Below, piece by piece: positions 16,902-27,776 of a DNA stretch of 64,000 bases (position 1 is the first letter of the stretch; each line of letters starts with the position of its first letter). Position numbers and translations under genes: made by a program. A model generated the notes under the pieces. It was not told the DNA's origin. It worked only from the letters and a program-made list of their open reading frames with translations, and did not search any database. Origin of the DNA: Candidatus Cloacimonadales bacterium. GTDB lineage: Bacteria; Cloacimonadota; Cloacimonadia; Cloacimonadales; JAFGVF01. Location: positions 320,001 to 384,000 of the forward strand of contig CAXXJV010000002.1 of the NCBI GenBank assembly GCA_963663475.2, written 5' to 3'.

Positions 16902-19550
16902 ATGAAGAGGACTATATTTATAGGCTTGGTGATGCTGGTTTGTTATGGCTTGTTAGCTGTGCCAGCAGCACCTTTTTTAACAACTTACACGCAAGAAGAT
17001 GGCTCAACATTAGAAATCTATGTTAGAGGAGATGAAAGACTTAATTGGACAGAAACATCAGATGGATATACCTTGTTGACCAAAAACAAAAGTAAATACT
17101 ATGCTGTAAAAGATAGAGATGGCGATTTAGTGGTCTCTGATATTTTAGCAAATGACCCAGCTAATAGAAGTGCAGAAGAAGTCGAGTTTCTCAGGTCTAT
17201 TCCTAAAAAACTAGCTTATAGTAGAGCTCAGATTAATATTGCTAAAGAAATTAGAACTAACAGATTAGGTGGCTTTCCTACATCTGGTGAAAACAATATG
17301 ATCTTAATTTTAGCAAATTTTGCAGATACTAATCCAACCTATTCACAAGCTAATTTTATTAATATGATGAACCAAAATAATTATAGTGGAATTGGCTCTT
17401 TCAAACAATACTATCTTGAAGTATCTTATGGTCAGCTTACTGTTAATACTACAGTTGTTGGTTGGGTAGATGTACCTCATAACCATGATTATTATGGACC
17501 TCAAGATAGATGGTCTGAGTTTGCTCGTGATGCAGTTGAAGCTGCTGACCCACTAGTTGATTATTCTCAGTTTGATAATGATGGTGATGGAAGAGTTGAT
17601 GGTGTAGCTATTTATCATCAAGGAAGGGGACAGGAAACTACAGGTGATACTTCTGATATTTGGTCTCATTCTTTCTCACTTACCTCTGCTGGTTATTATC
17701 TTAATCTTGATGGTGTACAAATAGCTGATTATACTATGCAAGCTGAAAAGCAATACTGGTCAATGGCTGGTATAGGTGTTATTGCTCATGAATTTGGTCA
17801 TAATCTGGGAACTCCTGATTTCTATGATACAGATTATCAAGTAGGTGGAAATCAAGATGGCACAGGTGAATGGGATATCATGGGTTCAGGTGCTTACAAT
17901 GGTGGGGGAGATAGACCTGCTCATCATAACATGTGGACCAAGAAATATTTTGGTTGGGTGCAACCACAAGAGCTTTATTTTGATGCAAGTGTTACAGTGG
18001 CAAGTTCAACTACCTACCCTGTTGCTTATTACTTTACTACACCAGTTAATGGCGAGTATATGCTTATGGAAAATGTTCAACAGACAGGTTTTAATGCTTC
18101 TGTTCCTGGAAATGGACTTCTCATCTGTCATGTTGATGAAAACTGGATTATGTCCCATCTTAACCAAAACAATTTAAATGCAACCTCTCATCAAGGTTTT
18201 TATGTAGTTGCTGCTTCAGGTGGAACAAACTCTTCTACTGCTACTTTCCCAAGTTATTCAGCAACTTCATTTACTGATACTAGTTTCCCTGCTATCCCAT
18301 CATGGGGCAACTATGATGTCTCTAAGGGATTAACAGGAATTACTAAGACAGGTGGGGTTGTGAACTTCAGCTTCTTTGATGATTCTGCATACACCCCGCA
18401 AGTTACCTTTACTAACTTAATGAATAATCAATACTTTAATATCGGAGATGAGATTAATCTTGACCTTGAAATTGCAATGTCTATTGAAGAGATGAATATT
18501 GATATGGTTGAAATTTTTGTTAATGGAACTACTCAACAGGTCCACCTTTCCCAACCCTACAACTATAGTCTAATTCCAACAAGTGAACATTTTGGTCAGA
18601 ATGAAGTCATGGTAAGAGTTTATACAAACTTCCAAACTTATGATACTTACTATTACTTCAATGTCAGTGATGGACAAGAGCGTTTCCTAGACCAATTTGA
18701 GGATTATGAAGATTTCTCATTAAACATGGGAGAATGGCAAAATATTGATAATGATAATCAAGAAACTATTTCTCTTCCTAATTATGATTACTCAAACCAA
18801 ACAGACCCTAAAGCTTTCATGATTTTTAATCCAAATACAACCTTTCCATATATCAGAGAAATTGATGCTTATTCAGGCAATAAAATGGCTGTGGCCTTTA
18901 CTAATTCTACTGAAGTGGCTAATGATGACTGGATGATAAGTCCTGAAATAAATCTATCTGTAGTACTACCTGAAGAAGAAGAATCGCAGATGATGCTTAA
19001 CTTAAATGTCTTGGGAACAGGGGAAGAGGGTGAGCTATTTAATGTACTCTATTCAGAATCTTATCCAGATTATGAAGATTTCATAGCCCTTAATGATAGT
19101 CCTCTTGAAGCTGGTCCAGAATGGACTCAACTCTCTTATAATTTACCAGCTGGACCTATGGTTAAAGTCGCTATCCAAGTTCTTTCAACTGGTGGAAGCT
19201 TTGTTATGGTTGATGATATTTCTCTTATAGAAGTTTTCCCAGTTTCCAATAATGAAAATGAAATAGCAGACCTTACTCCACTTAAAACTTATAATTATCC
19301 AAATCCATTTAATCCTGAAACTACTATTAGTTTTGCTATGAGTGAGGCTGGAAATGCTAAAGTGCAAGTCTTTAATCTTCGTGGTCAATTAGTAAATACT
19401 CTGCTTAATGATCAAGTAGTTGCTGGAAATCAAAGTGTAGTTTGGAATGGTAAAGATTATAATAACAAAGATGTAGCTTCTGGTATTTATTTCTATAGAA
19501 TAAAAACTTCAAAAGCTACAGTTCAAAGAAAAATGATTTTGCAAAAGTAA
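16902..19550 (+). CDS. Secreted M6-family metalloprotease with FlgD-Ig/T9SS-like C-terminal domain
   Basis: Signal peptide, GDE propeptide, AHEFGHNLGTPDFYD, WDIMGSG, NYPNPFNPET tail. Confidence 0.9.
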   Translation: MKRTIFIGLVMLVCYGLLAVPAAPFLTTYTQEDGSTLEIYVRGDERLNWTETSDGYTLLTKNKSKYYAVKDRDGDLVVSDILANDPANRSAEEVEFLRSIPKKLAYSRAQINIAKEIRTNRLGGFPTSGENNMILILANFADTNPTYSQANFINMMNQNNYSGIGSFKQYYLEVSYGQLTVNTTVVGWVDVPHNHDYYGPQDRWSEFARDAVEAADPLVDYSQFDNDGDGRVDGVAIYHQGRGQETTGDTSDIWSHSFSLTSAGYYLNLDGVQIADYTMQAEKQYWSMAGIGVIAHEFGHNLGTPDFYDTDYQVGGNQDGTGEWDIMGSGAYNGGGDRPAHHNMWTKKYFGWVQPQELYFDASVTVASSTTYPVAYYFTTPVNGEYMLMENVQQTGFNASVPGNGLLICHVDENWIMSHLNQNNLNATSHQGFYVVAASGGTNSSTATFPSYSATSFTDTSFPAIPSWGNYDVSKGLTGITKTGGVVNFSFFDDSAYTPQVTFTNLMNNQYFNIGDEINLDLEIAMSIEEMNIDMVEIFVNGTTQQVHLSQPYNYSLIPTSEHFGQNEVMVRVYTNFQTYDTYYYFNVSDGQERFLDQFEDYEDFSLNMGEWQNIDNDNQETISLPNYDYSNQTDPKAFMIFNPNTTFPYIREIDAYSGNKMAVAFTNSTEVANDDWMISPEINLSVVLPEEEESQMMLNLNVLGTGEEGELFNVLYSESYPDYEDFIALNDSPLEAGPEWTQLSYNLPAGPMVKVAIQVLSTGGSFVMVDDISLIEVFPVSNNENEIADLTPLKTYNYPNPFNPETTISFAMSEAGNAKVQVFNLRGQLVNTLLNDQVVAGNQSVVWNGKDYNNKDVASGIYFYRIKTSKATVQRKMILQK

Positions 19551-19569
19551 TAATCAGATTAACTTCTGG

Positions 19570-19600
19570 AATCCCTGCTCAAATTGAGCAGGGATTTTTC
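19570..19600 (+). terminator. Intrinsic terminator
   Basis: AATCCCTGCTCAA-A-TTGAGCAGGGATT followed by T-run. Confidence 0.8.
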
Positions 19601-19846
19601 TATATTATGGATAAATAAGACTCTATATTCTTGTGATTAACAGATGGTTATTACTTTTTCATTAGGGAAAAGAAGCAGAAAAATCTGGGTATGATATATA
19701 AGGTAAATTTGCCTGATATATCTTGTCGATTGGGGGACTATTATTCCTAGAGCTAATAGATGCCTAATCTAGGCCTAATAGCCCCCAATAGACCGTAAAG
19801 TAAATGATTACAATAAATCTTGTGGACCACTTGGAATAAAATGAAA

Positions 19847-20998
19847 TTAATCTACTAAAAGCCTTGGTATTTCTCTAGGTATTCTACTTAAAATTTCATA
19901 ATTTACCTGCTGACTAATCTCACTAAAGGAATCAACTGTTATAGTATGATTTTTTTGATCTCCCACTATCACAACTTCATCACCAACTGAGGCAGAAAAT
20001 AATTGCGTAATATCAGCAATAATCATATTCATGTTAACTAAGCCAATCACAGGACAAGGAATACCATTTATTAGTACTCGACCATGATTGCTCAATGATC
20101 TGCTATAACCATTAGAATAGCCAATAGGAACAATGGCAATTGTCTTTGGCTCAAAAGCAACATAGGAAGTTCCATAACTAATAAATTCACCAATTTTTAC
20201 TTCTTTTATAGCCATAATCTGAGATTTCCAACAAATAACTCTCTTAAGTGGATCTTGCTTGTTTACCCGAGAACTCATAAAACGAAGAAAGGTCTCCTTA
20301 CTAGACCAAAAACCATACTGCATGATACCTACTCTTACCATGTCAAATCTGGCTTCAGGGTAAGATATTGCTCCTGCTGAACAAGCAATATGACAATATT
20401 CTGGGACCATCCCCAACTTAATCATATCAGCCTTATAGCATTTAAGTTTCTTAATCTGACTCTTTACTCTGACATGATTTGCTATACTTTCTGGTCCTGC
20501 TAAATGAGAACATAAGCCCTTAATCTGCAAATAATCAAGATTATTTCTTATTAATTTTAAAGCTTGTTGGAAATCATTATTACTAAAGCCAGTCCTGTTT
20601 AAACCTGTCTCAACCTCAAGATGAATTTTGGCCTTAATCTTGATTTGTTTGGCTATTTCAATTGCCTGCTTTAATCTAGTTGATTCAAAGACAAAAAACT
20701 CATATCCACCCTCAATTGCTTCACTTAAATCTTCTGGAGAAATCCAACCCATTACCATTATATCTGTTTCAGCTTTAACTATCTTTCGTATCCTCTGGGC
20801 TTCTTCAAAATTAAAGGTGGCAAAATGATTAATACCACATTTTTCTACTTCTGGAACAAATTGCTCAATTCCATGACCATAAGCATTGGCCTTTACTACA
20901 GATGATATTCTTACCTTATTTCTAAAATGTTTCTTCAAAAAGTTAATGTTGTTTCTTATTGCACTTGCACTTAAATATATCTTTGTTGAGTAAGTCAT
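19847..20998 (-). CDS. alr: Alanine racemase
   Basis: VVKANAYGHG, ETGLNRTG, VRVGI, PIGYSNGY. Confidence 0.95.
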   Translation of the reverse strand: MTYSTKIYLSASAIRNNINFLKKHFRNKVRISSVVKANAYGHGIEQFVPEVEKCGINHFATFNFEEAQRIRKIVKAETDIMVMGWISPEDLSEAIEGGYEFFVFESTRLKQAIEIAKQIKIKAKIHLEVETGLNRTGFSNNDFQQALKLIRNNLDYLQIKGLCSHLAGPESIANHVRVKSQIKKLKCYKADMIKLGMVPEYCHIACSAGAISYPEARFDMVRVGIMQYGFWSSKETFLRFMSSRVNKQDPLKRVICWKSQIMAIKEVKIGEFISYGTSYVAFEPKTIAIVPIGYSNGYSRSLSNHGRVLINGIPCPVIGLVNMNMIIADITQLFSASVGDEVVIVGDQKNHTITVDSFSEISQQVNYEILSRIPREIPRLLVD

Positions 20999-21285
20999 AT
21001 TTCCTTTAAAATTTTTAGGTTAAATCTTTTTCTAGATATTTCTGTAAAATTATTAATGTGATAAGGCTATTATTGAATTATTGATAATAGCACCTAGCTG
21101 TTATTTACTTTATATATGTAATTTTTAATTTATCTAATAAATGAAATACTTTAAAAAAAGACGTCAAGTAATTATTTAATTTTTTTCTCGAAAAACAAAG
21201 AAAGTAAAATTAATCCTTGACATATAACTATAATTAGAAAATATTATACCTAGAGTTTATTAAAAAGACTAACAAAGGAGTAAAT

Positions 21286-22656
21286 ATGAACTTAAATGAA
21301 CTAAAATCTCTCCTAAATGGATATGGCGAGTTAAGGTACCAAGTTAATAATAATGCAGCCCTAATGCTTTCAAATGGAACATTAGTGCATAATGCCAGCA
21401 GTGAAAATAAAGGTTTCTCTGCTCGTACCTTAAATGGAAGTGGTTGGGGATTTGCCTCTACTTCTCAACTGAATCCTGATAAGATTAAAGAAACTATCAA
21501 ACAAGCACAAAGAAATGCAGATTTTCTTAATTTCAAGCAAAAACGTAAAGATTTACTTATCCCATCAAGGCCAATATCCTTACATAGAGATTTATCTACA
21601 AGTAACAATAAATTATCTTCAAGAGAAAAAATTGATTACATAAGTGAACTCTCCAACTACATTAGAGGTAAGTATAAGGATATTCCTACTGTTAGAATTA
21701 TCGTAAATGAAGAGAAGGTTGAAAAGATGGTTTCGACCACTGATAATTCAGATTTTCATACTATCATACCTAGAGCACATATTATATGTTCCTTTATAAT
21801 GCCTAGTGATGGTGGGATGATAACAGAAACATGCCGTATAGGTGGTCTAGGAGAATTTGAAGATTATTATCAAAACTTAGAGCAACTATACAAGGAGATC
21901 GATGAAGCTTATGGTCATTTAATTAATAAAAAAACAGCTGTTTTTGCCAAAGCTGGACTACAAGATGTTATCTTAGATTCACAGTTAGCAGGTATTTTAG
22001 CTCATGAGGCCATAGGCCATACAACAGAGGCTGATATTGTGCGTGGTGGCTCAATAATGGAAGACTTGATGGATCAACCAGTAGCTTCAGAACTCGTTAA
22101 TTTAATAGATGTTGCTCATACTTATGATGGAAAGCTTTGTCCAAGACCTGTATTTGTTGATGATGAAGGTGTAGATCCAATTACTGCCAATATCATAGAA
22201 AATGGTATTTTAAAGGGCTTCATGCATAATAAGGCTTCAGCAGCAGCTTATGGTCATCAAGTTACAGGTAATGCTAGAGCAAGTCAATATAGTGATGAAC
22301 CAATTATTAGAATGAGAAATACTATGATTGTACCAGGGAAAGATAAGCTAGATGATATGATAAGATCCATTAAAGATGGTTATTATTTAATCAATCCAAA
22401 TAATGGACAAGCTGATAAAACTTCTGAGTTTATGTTTGGTGTTGTTCGTGGTTATGAAATCAAGAATGGAAAACTTGCTAAGGCAATAAAAGAAACAACT
22501 ATTTCTGGTATTGCAGTAGAACTTTTAAAAAGTATAACTGCTATTTCAGATGATTTAACCTGGTCTGGTGGTGGTACATGTGGAAAGAAACAAGGAATTG
22601 CTGTCGGAATGGGCGGACCTGCTATCAAGTGTAAAGTTAATATTGGAGGTAAATAA
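21286..22656 (+). CDS. tldD: TldD-family metalloprotease
   Basis: HEAIGHTTEAD, DDEG, PIIRMRNT, CGKKQ. Confidence 0.92.
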   Translation: MNLNELKSLLNGYGELRYQVNNNAALMLSNGTLVHNASSENKGFSARTLNGSGWGFASTSQLNPDKIKETIKQAQRNADFLNFKQKRKDLLIPSRPISLHRDLSTSNNKLSSREKIDYISELSNYIRGKYKDIPTVRIIVNEEKVEKMVSTTDNSDFHTIIPRAHIICSFIMPSDGGMITETCRIGGLGEFEDYYQNLEQLYKEIDEAYGHLINKKTAVFAKAGLQDVILDSQLAGILAHEAIGHTTEADIVRGGSIMEDLMDQPVASELVNLIDVAHTYDGKLCPRPVFVDDEGVDPITANIIENGILKGFMHNKASAAAYGHQVTGNARASQYSDEPIIRMRNTMIVPGKDKLDDMIRSIKDGYYLINPNNGQADKTSEFMFGVVRGYEIKNGKLAKAIKETTISGIAVELLKSITAISDDLTWSGGGTCGKKQGIAVGMGGPAIKCKVNIGGK

Positions 22657-23945
22657 TGAAGATTAGAGATATTGCTAAACTTAGCTTAGATAAATTACTA
22701 GCTCTTGGGGCTGATAAGGCTTCAGTACAAGTTAAGAGAGACTTTTCTTCGGAACTACAAAAAGAATTTAATGGTATTGACCTGTTCAGAGATGTAGATG
22801 CAATTGAAGTGGAAATGAAGGTTATTAAAGATGATAGAAGAGGAGTGCATACTTTTACTTTTTCATCTGAAGAGGATATTGATAAAAATGCTAACAAGAC
22901 CTTTAAATCAGCCTCTGAATCAAATCAAGATAAAGCTTATGGAATGGCTAAAGGAGTTAAGTATAGCCAGAAGTTTGGTATAGAAAATCCTGATACAGAT
23001 TCTATGTATAAGCTTCTTGCAGACTTTGAACAAGAAAAAGAGGATAAATTTCCACAAATAACAGACACAACGTCTGTAGTTTTTCATAAAGAAGAAATAT
23101 GTTATATGAACAATTATGATTCAGAAATAACTTACAGTAATGGCTACTATCACATTCTTTCTCTATTTTCAGCTGCAGAAAAAGATAAACACTCTTCTAT
23201 GAATTACACTTACCAACCATGTCTTCAGTTACCTGAATCTATTCTAGCTCTTAACAAGTTTAACCAAGATTATCAAGATACTATCAAACAACTCAATCCT
23301 CACTCTCTAGCTGACAAATTTACAGGTGAAGTAATTCTTACACCTCAAGTTTTTTGCCAGTTAGCTGGTCATATACTTGGAGAAGTGCAAGGCTTGAGTC
23401 TGGTAGATAAAAATTCTCTCTTCCAGGAAAAAATACAAGATAAAATCTTTGATTCCAAACTAAGTCTCAGAACTTTAGCTAACCATCCAGACCTTGTAAA
23501 TAAAGATATTTTCACTGCTGAAGGTTATCTTAATAGAGATGATTTCATAATTGAAAATGGAATACTAAAAAACTTTATTGTTTCAGAATATGTAGCTAAT
23601 CGTAGTGAGTTTGCAATGAATAATATTGCTTCAGAAGCTTTTGAAGTTCAAGCAGGTTCTGATAATTTACAAGATATGATTAAATCAGTCAAAAAAGGTG
23701 TCATAGTTCATGGAATATCTTCTGGTAATCCCAATAAAAATAAGGATTTCTCAGGTGTTATTAAAAACTCTTATTATGTTGAAGATGGTCAAATCAAATA
23801 CCCTATAAATGAAGCTATGATAACAGCTAATATTGTAGAAATGTTCAATAATATTGTCTCAATATCTCAAGAAAGAGAAAGTGTATTCGGTTCCTGTATT
23901 GTTCCTTGGATGAAAATATCTGGAGTTAATATCGCAGGTAAATAA
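22656..23945 (+). CDS. pmbA: PmbA/TldE family protein
   Basis: Coupled to tldD; IIENGILK, DFSG, VEDGQI; lacks HExxH. Confidence 0.82.
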   Translation: MKIRDIAKLSLDKLLALGADKASVQVKRDFSSELQKEFNGIDLFRDVDAIEVEMKVIKDDRRGVHTFTFSSEEDIDKNANKTFKSASESNQDKAYGMAKGVKYSQKFGIENPDTDSMYKLLADFEQEKEDKFPQITDTTSVVFHKEEICYMNNYDSEITYSNGYYHILSLFSAAEKDKHSSMNYTYQPCLQLPESILALNKFNQDYQDTIKQLNPHSLADKFTGEVILTPQVFCQLAGHILGEVQGLSLVDKNSLFQEKIQDKIFDSKLSLRTLANHPDLVNKDIFTAEGYLNRDDFIIENGILKNFIVSEYVANRSEFAMNNIASEAFEVQAGSDNLQDMIKSVKKGVIVHGISSGNPNKNKDFSGVIKNSYYVEDGQIKYPINEAMITANIVEMFNNIVSISQERESVFGSCIVPWMKISGVNIAGK

Positions 23946-23959
23946 ATTATCATAAAAAC

Positions 23960-23984
23960 TAAGCCCATGATTTGCATGGGCTTA
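23960..23984. terminator. Hairpin between convergent genes
   Basis: TAAGCCCATG-ATTTG-CATGGGCTTA. Confidence 0.65.
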
Positions 23985-23997
23985 ATCTACTTTAAGT

Positions 23998-25956
23998 CTA
24001 TGGTAGAGAATTATTACATGCCTTTACTCGGAAAAACTTGTACTTTTCAGGAAGATCATAAATATAACCTTGATAAGGGGTAATGATAATAGGTTCCCAA
24101 GCATTATTAGATAGATCACTTGATGCTCGAATTTCATAGAATTCTGCATAAGGAATATGTTCCCAGCGTAGGACATTGTGAGAGTTTTCCCTGCTTATAC
24201 TTAGCTGGGGATTCGCTAGGTTAACATAAACATCTTGAGGAGAAGTGTAAATTGTAAAGTCAGTTATTCTTGGTCTAGCTAACTGACTATGTGCCACAAA
24301 ATTGAATTGTAATTTAAAGTTTACACCAAGATACTGTTGAGGTATATCAATATTCCTAATAACATATTGATTTATTAATACACCCTCATCATCTTGAAAA
24401 GTAATATTGTCATCTGTGTTAATTGAAGAAATAGTTGTCCAGTTAATTGAATGATAAGGAGAACTATCTTGTCCAATTTGTATTAGAAGAGGATTAAAAG
24501 TCATAGTAGAACTTGGAATCATTAGTTTGAATTGTACTGTCAAATGCGAATCTGAATAAAAACTAGGTGTTACTAAACTCATGATATGAGCAGTTGTATC
24601 AAAAGAAGGAGAACGTGCCCATGATTTATTGTTTGAATCAAATACCTGTGTCCAAGCAGCAGATACCCAGTTTAAAGGAGGCCATTCGCTAAAATCTTGT
24701 TGATAGGGGAAACTACTAATGCTAGGATTTGGACAATCAGCAGATAAAGTCATCAGAATTTGAGTTGGTTCACCAGGAGAAACTCCTCCATCCTCAGAAA
24801 ATTCATAGGTTACGGCAGAGTTCATATAACCATATTCGTAAGCATAAAAGTCTATAGAAAATGAATATGAATATCCCTCAGGCAAAGTTATATCAGATTG
24901 GGAACTATTTAAGAAAAAGTTATTCGGTGAAATTGGGTTTACAGCAATTGCTAAGTTTTCTATTGATAGTTCATAAGTAGAGTAATTGGTAATAACAACA
25001 TCTTGGTTGTAAGTTAAATTGATTAATCCATTTTCAATATCCCAGGTTTCTGGAGAAACATTTAAGTGAGGTTGGCTAATATTCTCTCTAATAAAGAAGT
25101 TATCAAGATATAGTTTAGGATTATTACTAGTACCAAAAAAAGAATAATAGAAATGGTATAAATTATAAGTAAATTTTACATAGAAAGTTCCAGGATAGTT
25201 AGCTAAGTCAATTGTTACTTTATTATATTGATCATTTAAGTTATCATCGTAGCAGGACAATAGGTTTATTTCTTGAAAATTAATATTATCATATGAAATA
25301 TAGCTTGTCAAGAAGCTTGGATCTTGACTAGCACTATCACCTAATTGAAAGTCACTTAATCTATAATAAAATACCACTTGGTTACTAGACAAGTTTGCTC
25401 CAATAGCATTGCTTGTCTGGAAACTACCTGATAAAGCACTTGTGGCGATGCCAGAAGAATTCTGGATACCTTGATCATTAGACATGAGAATATTACCAGT
25501 AAATCCATTAATATCATTAATAAAGTTTCTATATGGTATGCTATCAGAAGCACTAGATTTAGTCTGAAAACTCCAAATAGGGCAATTAAGGGCATCACCA
25601 TTATCAACATGATATGGGACTACCTGCCAATAATAAGTCTGATTTAACTCTAAATTTATATCTGGATAGAAACTTAAAACATTGCCTAAATCCACTCCAT
25701 TTACTAAATTACTTGGACTTGTCTCCCCTTGCCCATCGCTTCCTAAATAGAATCTATAACCTGTTAGACTACCACTAGCTTCTTGCCAGGCAAAAACTGG
25801 AGACTCTGTAACTTGATTTGCATTAAGTCCTGGGTAGCGCAGACTAGTAGGAGAGGGAGGATTTTCTCTAAATTGTCCGTGAAGTGAGGTAAAAGGAAGT
25901 GAAAATATGCTTATAAGAGAATAGAAAACAATAAAAGTAATAGTTAATTTTTTCAT
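23998..25956 (-). CDS. Secreted multi-domain (Fn3/Ig-like) protein
   Basis: Signal peptide; GYRFYLG..YYWQVVPY..CPIWSF; C-terminal KFFRVKA module. Confidence 0.7.
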   Translation of the reverse strand: MKKLTITFIVFYSLISIFSLPFTSLHGQFRENPPSPTSLRYPGLNANQVTESPVFAWQEASGSLTGYRFYLGSDGQGETSPSNLVNGVDLGNVLSFYPDINLELNQTYYWQVVPYHVDNGDALNCPIWSFQTKSSASDSIPYRNFINDINGFTGNILMSNDQGIQNSSGIATSALSGSFQTSNAIGANLSSNQVVFYYRLSDFQLGDSASQDPSFLTSYISYDNINFQEINLLSCYDDNLNDQYNKVTIDLANYPGTFYVKFTYNLYHFYYSFFGTSNNPKLYLDNFFIRENISQPHLNVSPETWDIENGLINLTYNQDVVITNYSTYELSIENLAIAVNPISPNNFFLNSSQSDITLPEGYSYSFSIDFYAYEYGYMNSAVTYEFSEDGGVSPGEPTQILMTLSADCPNPSISSFPYQQDFSEWPPLNWVSAAWTQVFDSNNKSWARSPSFDTTAHIMSLVTPSFYSDSHLTVQFKLMIPSSTMTFNPLLIQIGQDSSPYHSINWTTISSINTDDNITFQDDEGVLINQYVIRNIDIPQQYLGVNFKLQFNFVAHSQLARPRITDFTIYTSPQDVYVNLANPQLSISRENSHNVLRWEHIPYAEFYEIRASSDLSNNAWEPIIITPYQGYIYDLPEKYKFFRVKACNNSLP

Positions 25957-26013
25957 AAAACCTTCTTTTTATTTTAATTACGTACTAAATCATTTATATA
26001 AGGAAGTAATTAA

Positions 26014-26040
26014 ACTGTCAAGAAAAATAAACTTGACAGT
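26014..26040. promoter_or_regulatory. Back-to-back TTGACA -35 boxes of divergent promoters
   Basis: ACTGTCAAG-N9-CTTGACAGT between divergent genes. Confidence 0.55.
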
Positions 26041-26070
26041 ATTTATCAGTAAAAAATATTTGATTTAAGA

Positions 26071-26105
26071 ACATACCAAGAGTATGTAAAATACCGTGAG
26101 TATGT
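26071..26105. promoter_or_regulatory. Two tandem candidate TetR operators
   Basis: ACATAC-CAAGA-GTATGT (26071-26087) and AAATAC-CGTGA-GTATGT (26089-26105). Confidence 0.7.
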
Positions 26106-26145
26106 TAATAAGTTATTGAAAAATAATATTATAAAAGAGGATAGT

Positions 26146-26850
26146 ATGAATAGAAGAGAAAAACAAACAGCTAAGACAATTGCTGATATTATTAAGGTGG
26201 CTGAGAAATTGTTTATCCAGAAAGGTTTTGAAGAGACTTCAGTTCAAGAGATTGCTGAAAAGTGTGGCATGACTAAAGGTGCCTTTTATCATCATTTTAA
26301 ATCAAAGGATCATGTCTTAGAGAAAATGCTTACTGATCATCACCAAGAGATTATAAAAGCAGTTCAACCAATTCTGCAAAATACCCAAGCAGACTTAGTT
26401 AGTAGGGTTAATATGGTTATCAAAATTATGAGAAAAGTAGGAAAACAAAAGTCATCTTTTTTAGCTGAATATCTTAGGATAAGAAGGAGTGATGGTAATA
26501 TAGTTTTAAAAGAAAGATTAAAGAAATATGATAAGAAAGTCTATCTTGAAGTAATTGCTCCTATTCTGGAAGAAGGACGAAACAAAGGCGAATGTAGTTT
26601 TACAGGACCAGCCCAAGTAATAGCTATATTAATCTTTCAACTAGATAAAGGAATAACAGAAGAATTAAACTTCATTTTTGCTCAAGAAGATAAAGAGAAA
26701 GCTCAAGAATATTCAAAGTCTATAATGGAGAATTTTGTTATGATACTAGCTAAATTACTTGGTACAAGCCAAGAAGATATGAAGAAAATGATTGATTATG
26801 ATAATGCAATTCTTTTCTTTAAAGAAATATTAAAGTCTGAGGATAAATAA
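26146..26850 (+). CDS. TetR/AcrR family regulator
   Basis: LFIQKGFEETSVQEIAEKCGMTKGAFYHHFKSK HTH; GAGG before ATG 26146. Confidence 0.93.
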   Translation: MNRREKQTAKTIADIIKVAEKLFIQKGFEETSVQEIAEKCGMTKGAFYHHFKSKDHVLEKMLTDHHQEIIKAVQPILQNTQADLVSRVNMVIKIMRKVGKQKSSFLAEYLRIRRSDGNIVLKERLKKYDKKVYLEVIAPILEEGRNKGECSFTGPAQVIAILIFQLDKGITEELNFIFAQEDKEKAQEYSKSIMENFVMILAKLLGTSQEDMKKMIDYDNAILFFKEILKSEDK

Positions 26851-27765
26851 ATGAAAAGATACCTAATTATTACTTTAATATTTTGTCTTTTTCTGTCTCT
26901 TTTTGGAAACACTAATAAAGTAAACTTCATTCCATTAATGCAATATGAACACTTAAATTATGGTGGCCAGACTGTTTATTCACCTGCAGGGGGACTGCTA
27001 GTTACGGGGTCTAATTTTCAGGTGATAGGTATTTACTCAAATTACCATTTTAAAAATGATTTATCAAATAGTTACCCTGATCAATTCCACACACTAGATT
27101 TCTTAGCTGAGTCCTTTAGGGGAAGACACCACTTTGTAAGTCTCTTAAAGAGTGAATCTGATAAGCCTATCAGTGGTGGACTTCACACTTTTCAGTTGGC
27201 TTCTGTATGGGGTTATGAAATAGTAAGTAGGGAAAATTTCCAGTTTGTTTTAGGTAGCGGTATAGGCATTAGTGATTTTGGAATTGACATGTCTAATGGT
27301 AAACCTTTACCTCTAATTCCCTTACCTTTAATCAGAATGAAATCAAACTCTAAATGGTTGAATACTAAATTAGATTTTATAACAGGACCTAACTTTGAGT
27401 TTATTATTACTCCTCAAAAACAGACTAGATTAAAAGGAGATTTTAGAATTGATAATTTAAGAGATGAAAGGGATATAATCTTTGATTTATCAGGTCATTA
27501 TCGTTTCTTCTCATCAACTAGCTCAATGGGAGATTTTGCTGGTTTAGCCATAGGACTAGCCAATAATAATATTGCTTTTGATTTAGCTGAAAAGGATGAG
27601 ATTTTTGATTATCATTACTACAGCTTATATTCAGAATTAGATTTAAGTTTTTTGAAGATTAGTGGAGCTTATACTTTCAAAAATAGAGAAATGTATCGTG
27701 AAGAAGAAAAGATTAACTTTGATGATGGCTTTACTTTTTCTATTCAGGCTCTTTATCAATTCTAA
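26851..27765 (+). CDS. Putative outer-membrane beta-barrel protein
   Basis: Signal peptide, amphipathic strands, terminal ALYQF. Confidence 0.6.
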   Translation: MKRYLIITLIFCLFLSLFGNTNKVNFIPLMQYEHLNYGGQTVYSPAGGLLVTGSNFQVIGIYSNYHFKNDLSNSYPDQFHTLDFLAESFRGRHHFVSLLKSESDKPISGGLHTFQLASVWGYEIVSRENFQFVLGSGIGISDFGIDMSNGKPLPLIPLPLIRMKSNSKWLNTKLDFITGPNFEFIITPQKQTRLKGDFRIDNLRDERDIIFDLSGHYRFFSSTSSMGDFAGLAIGLANNNIAFDLAEKDEIFDYHYYSLYSELDLSFLKISGAYTFKNREMYREEEKINFDDGFTFSIQALYQF

Positions 27766-27776
27766 GGAAAGCAAAA

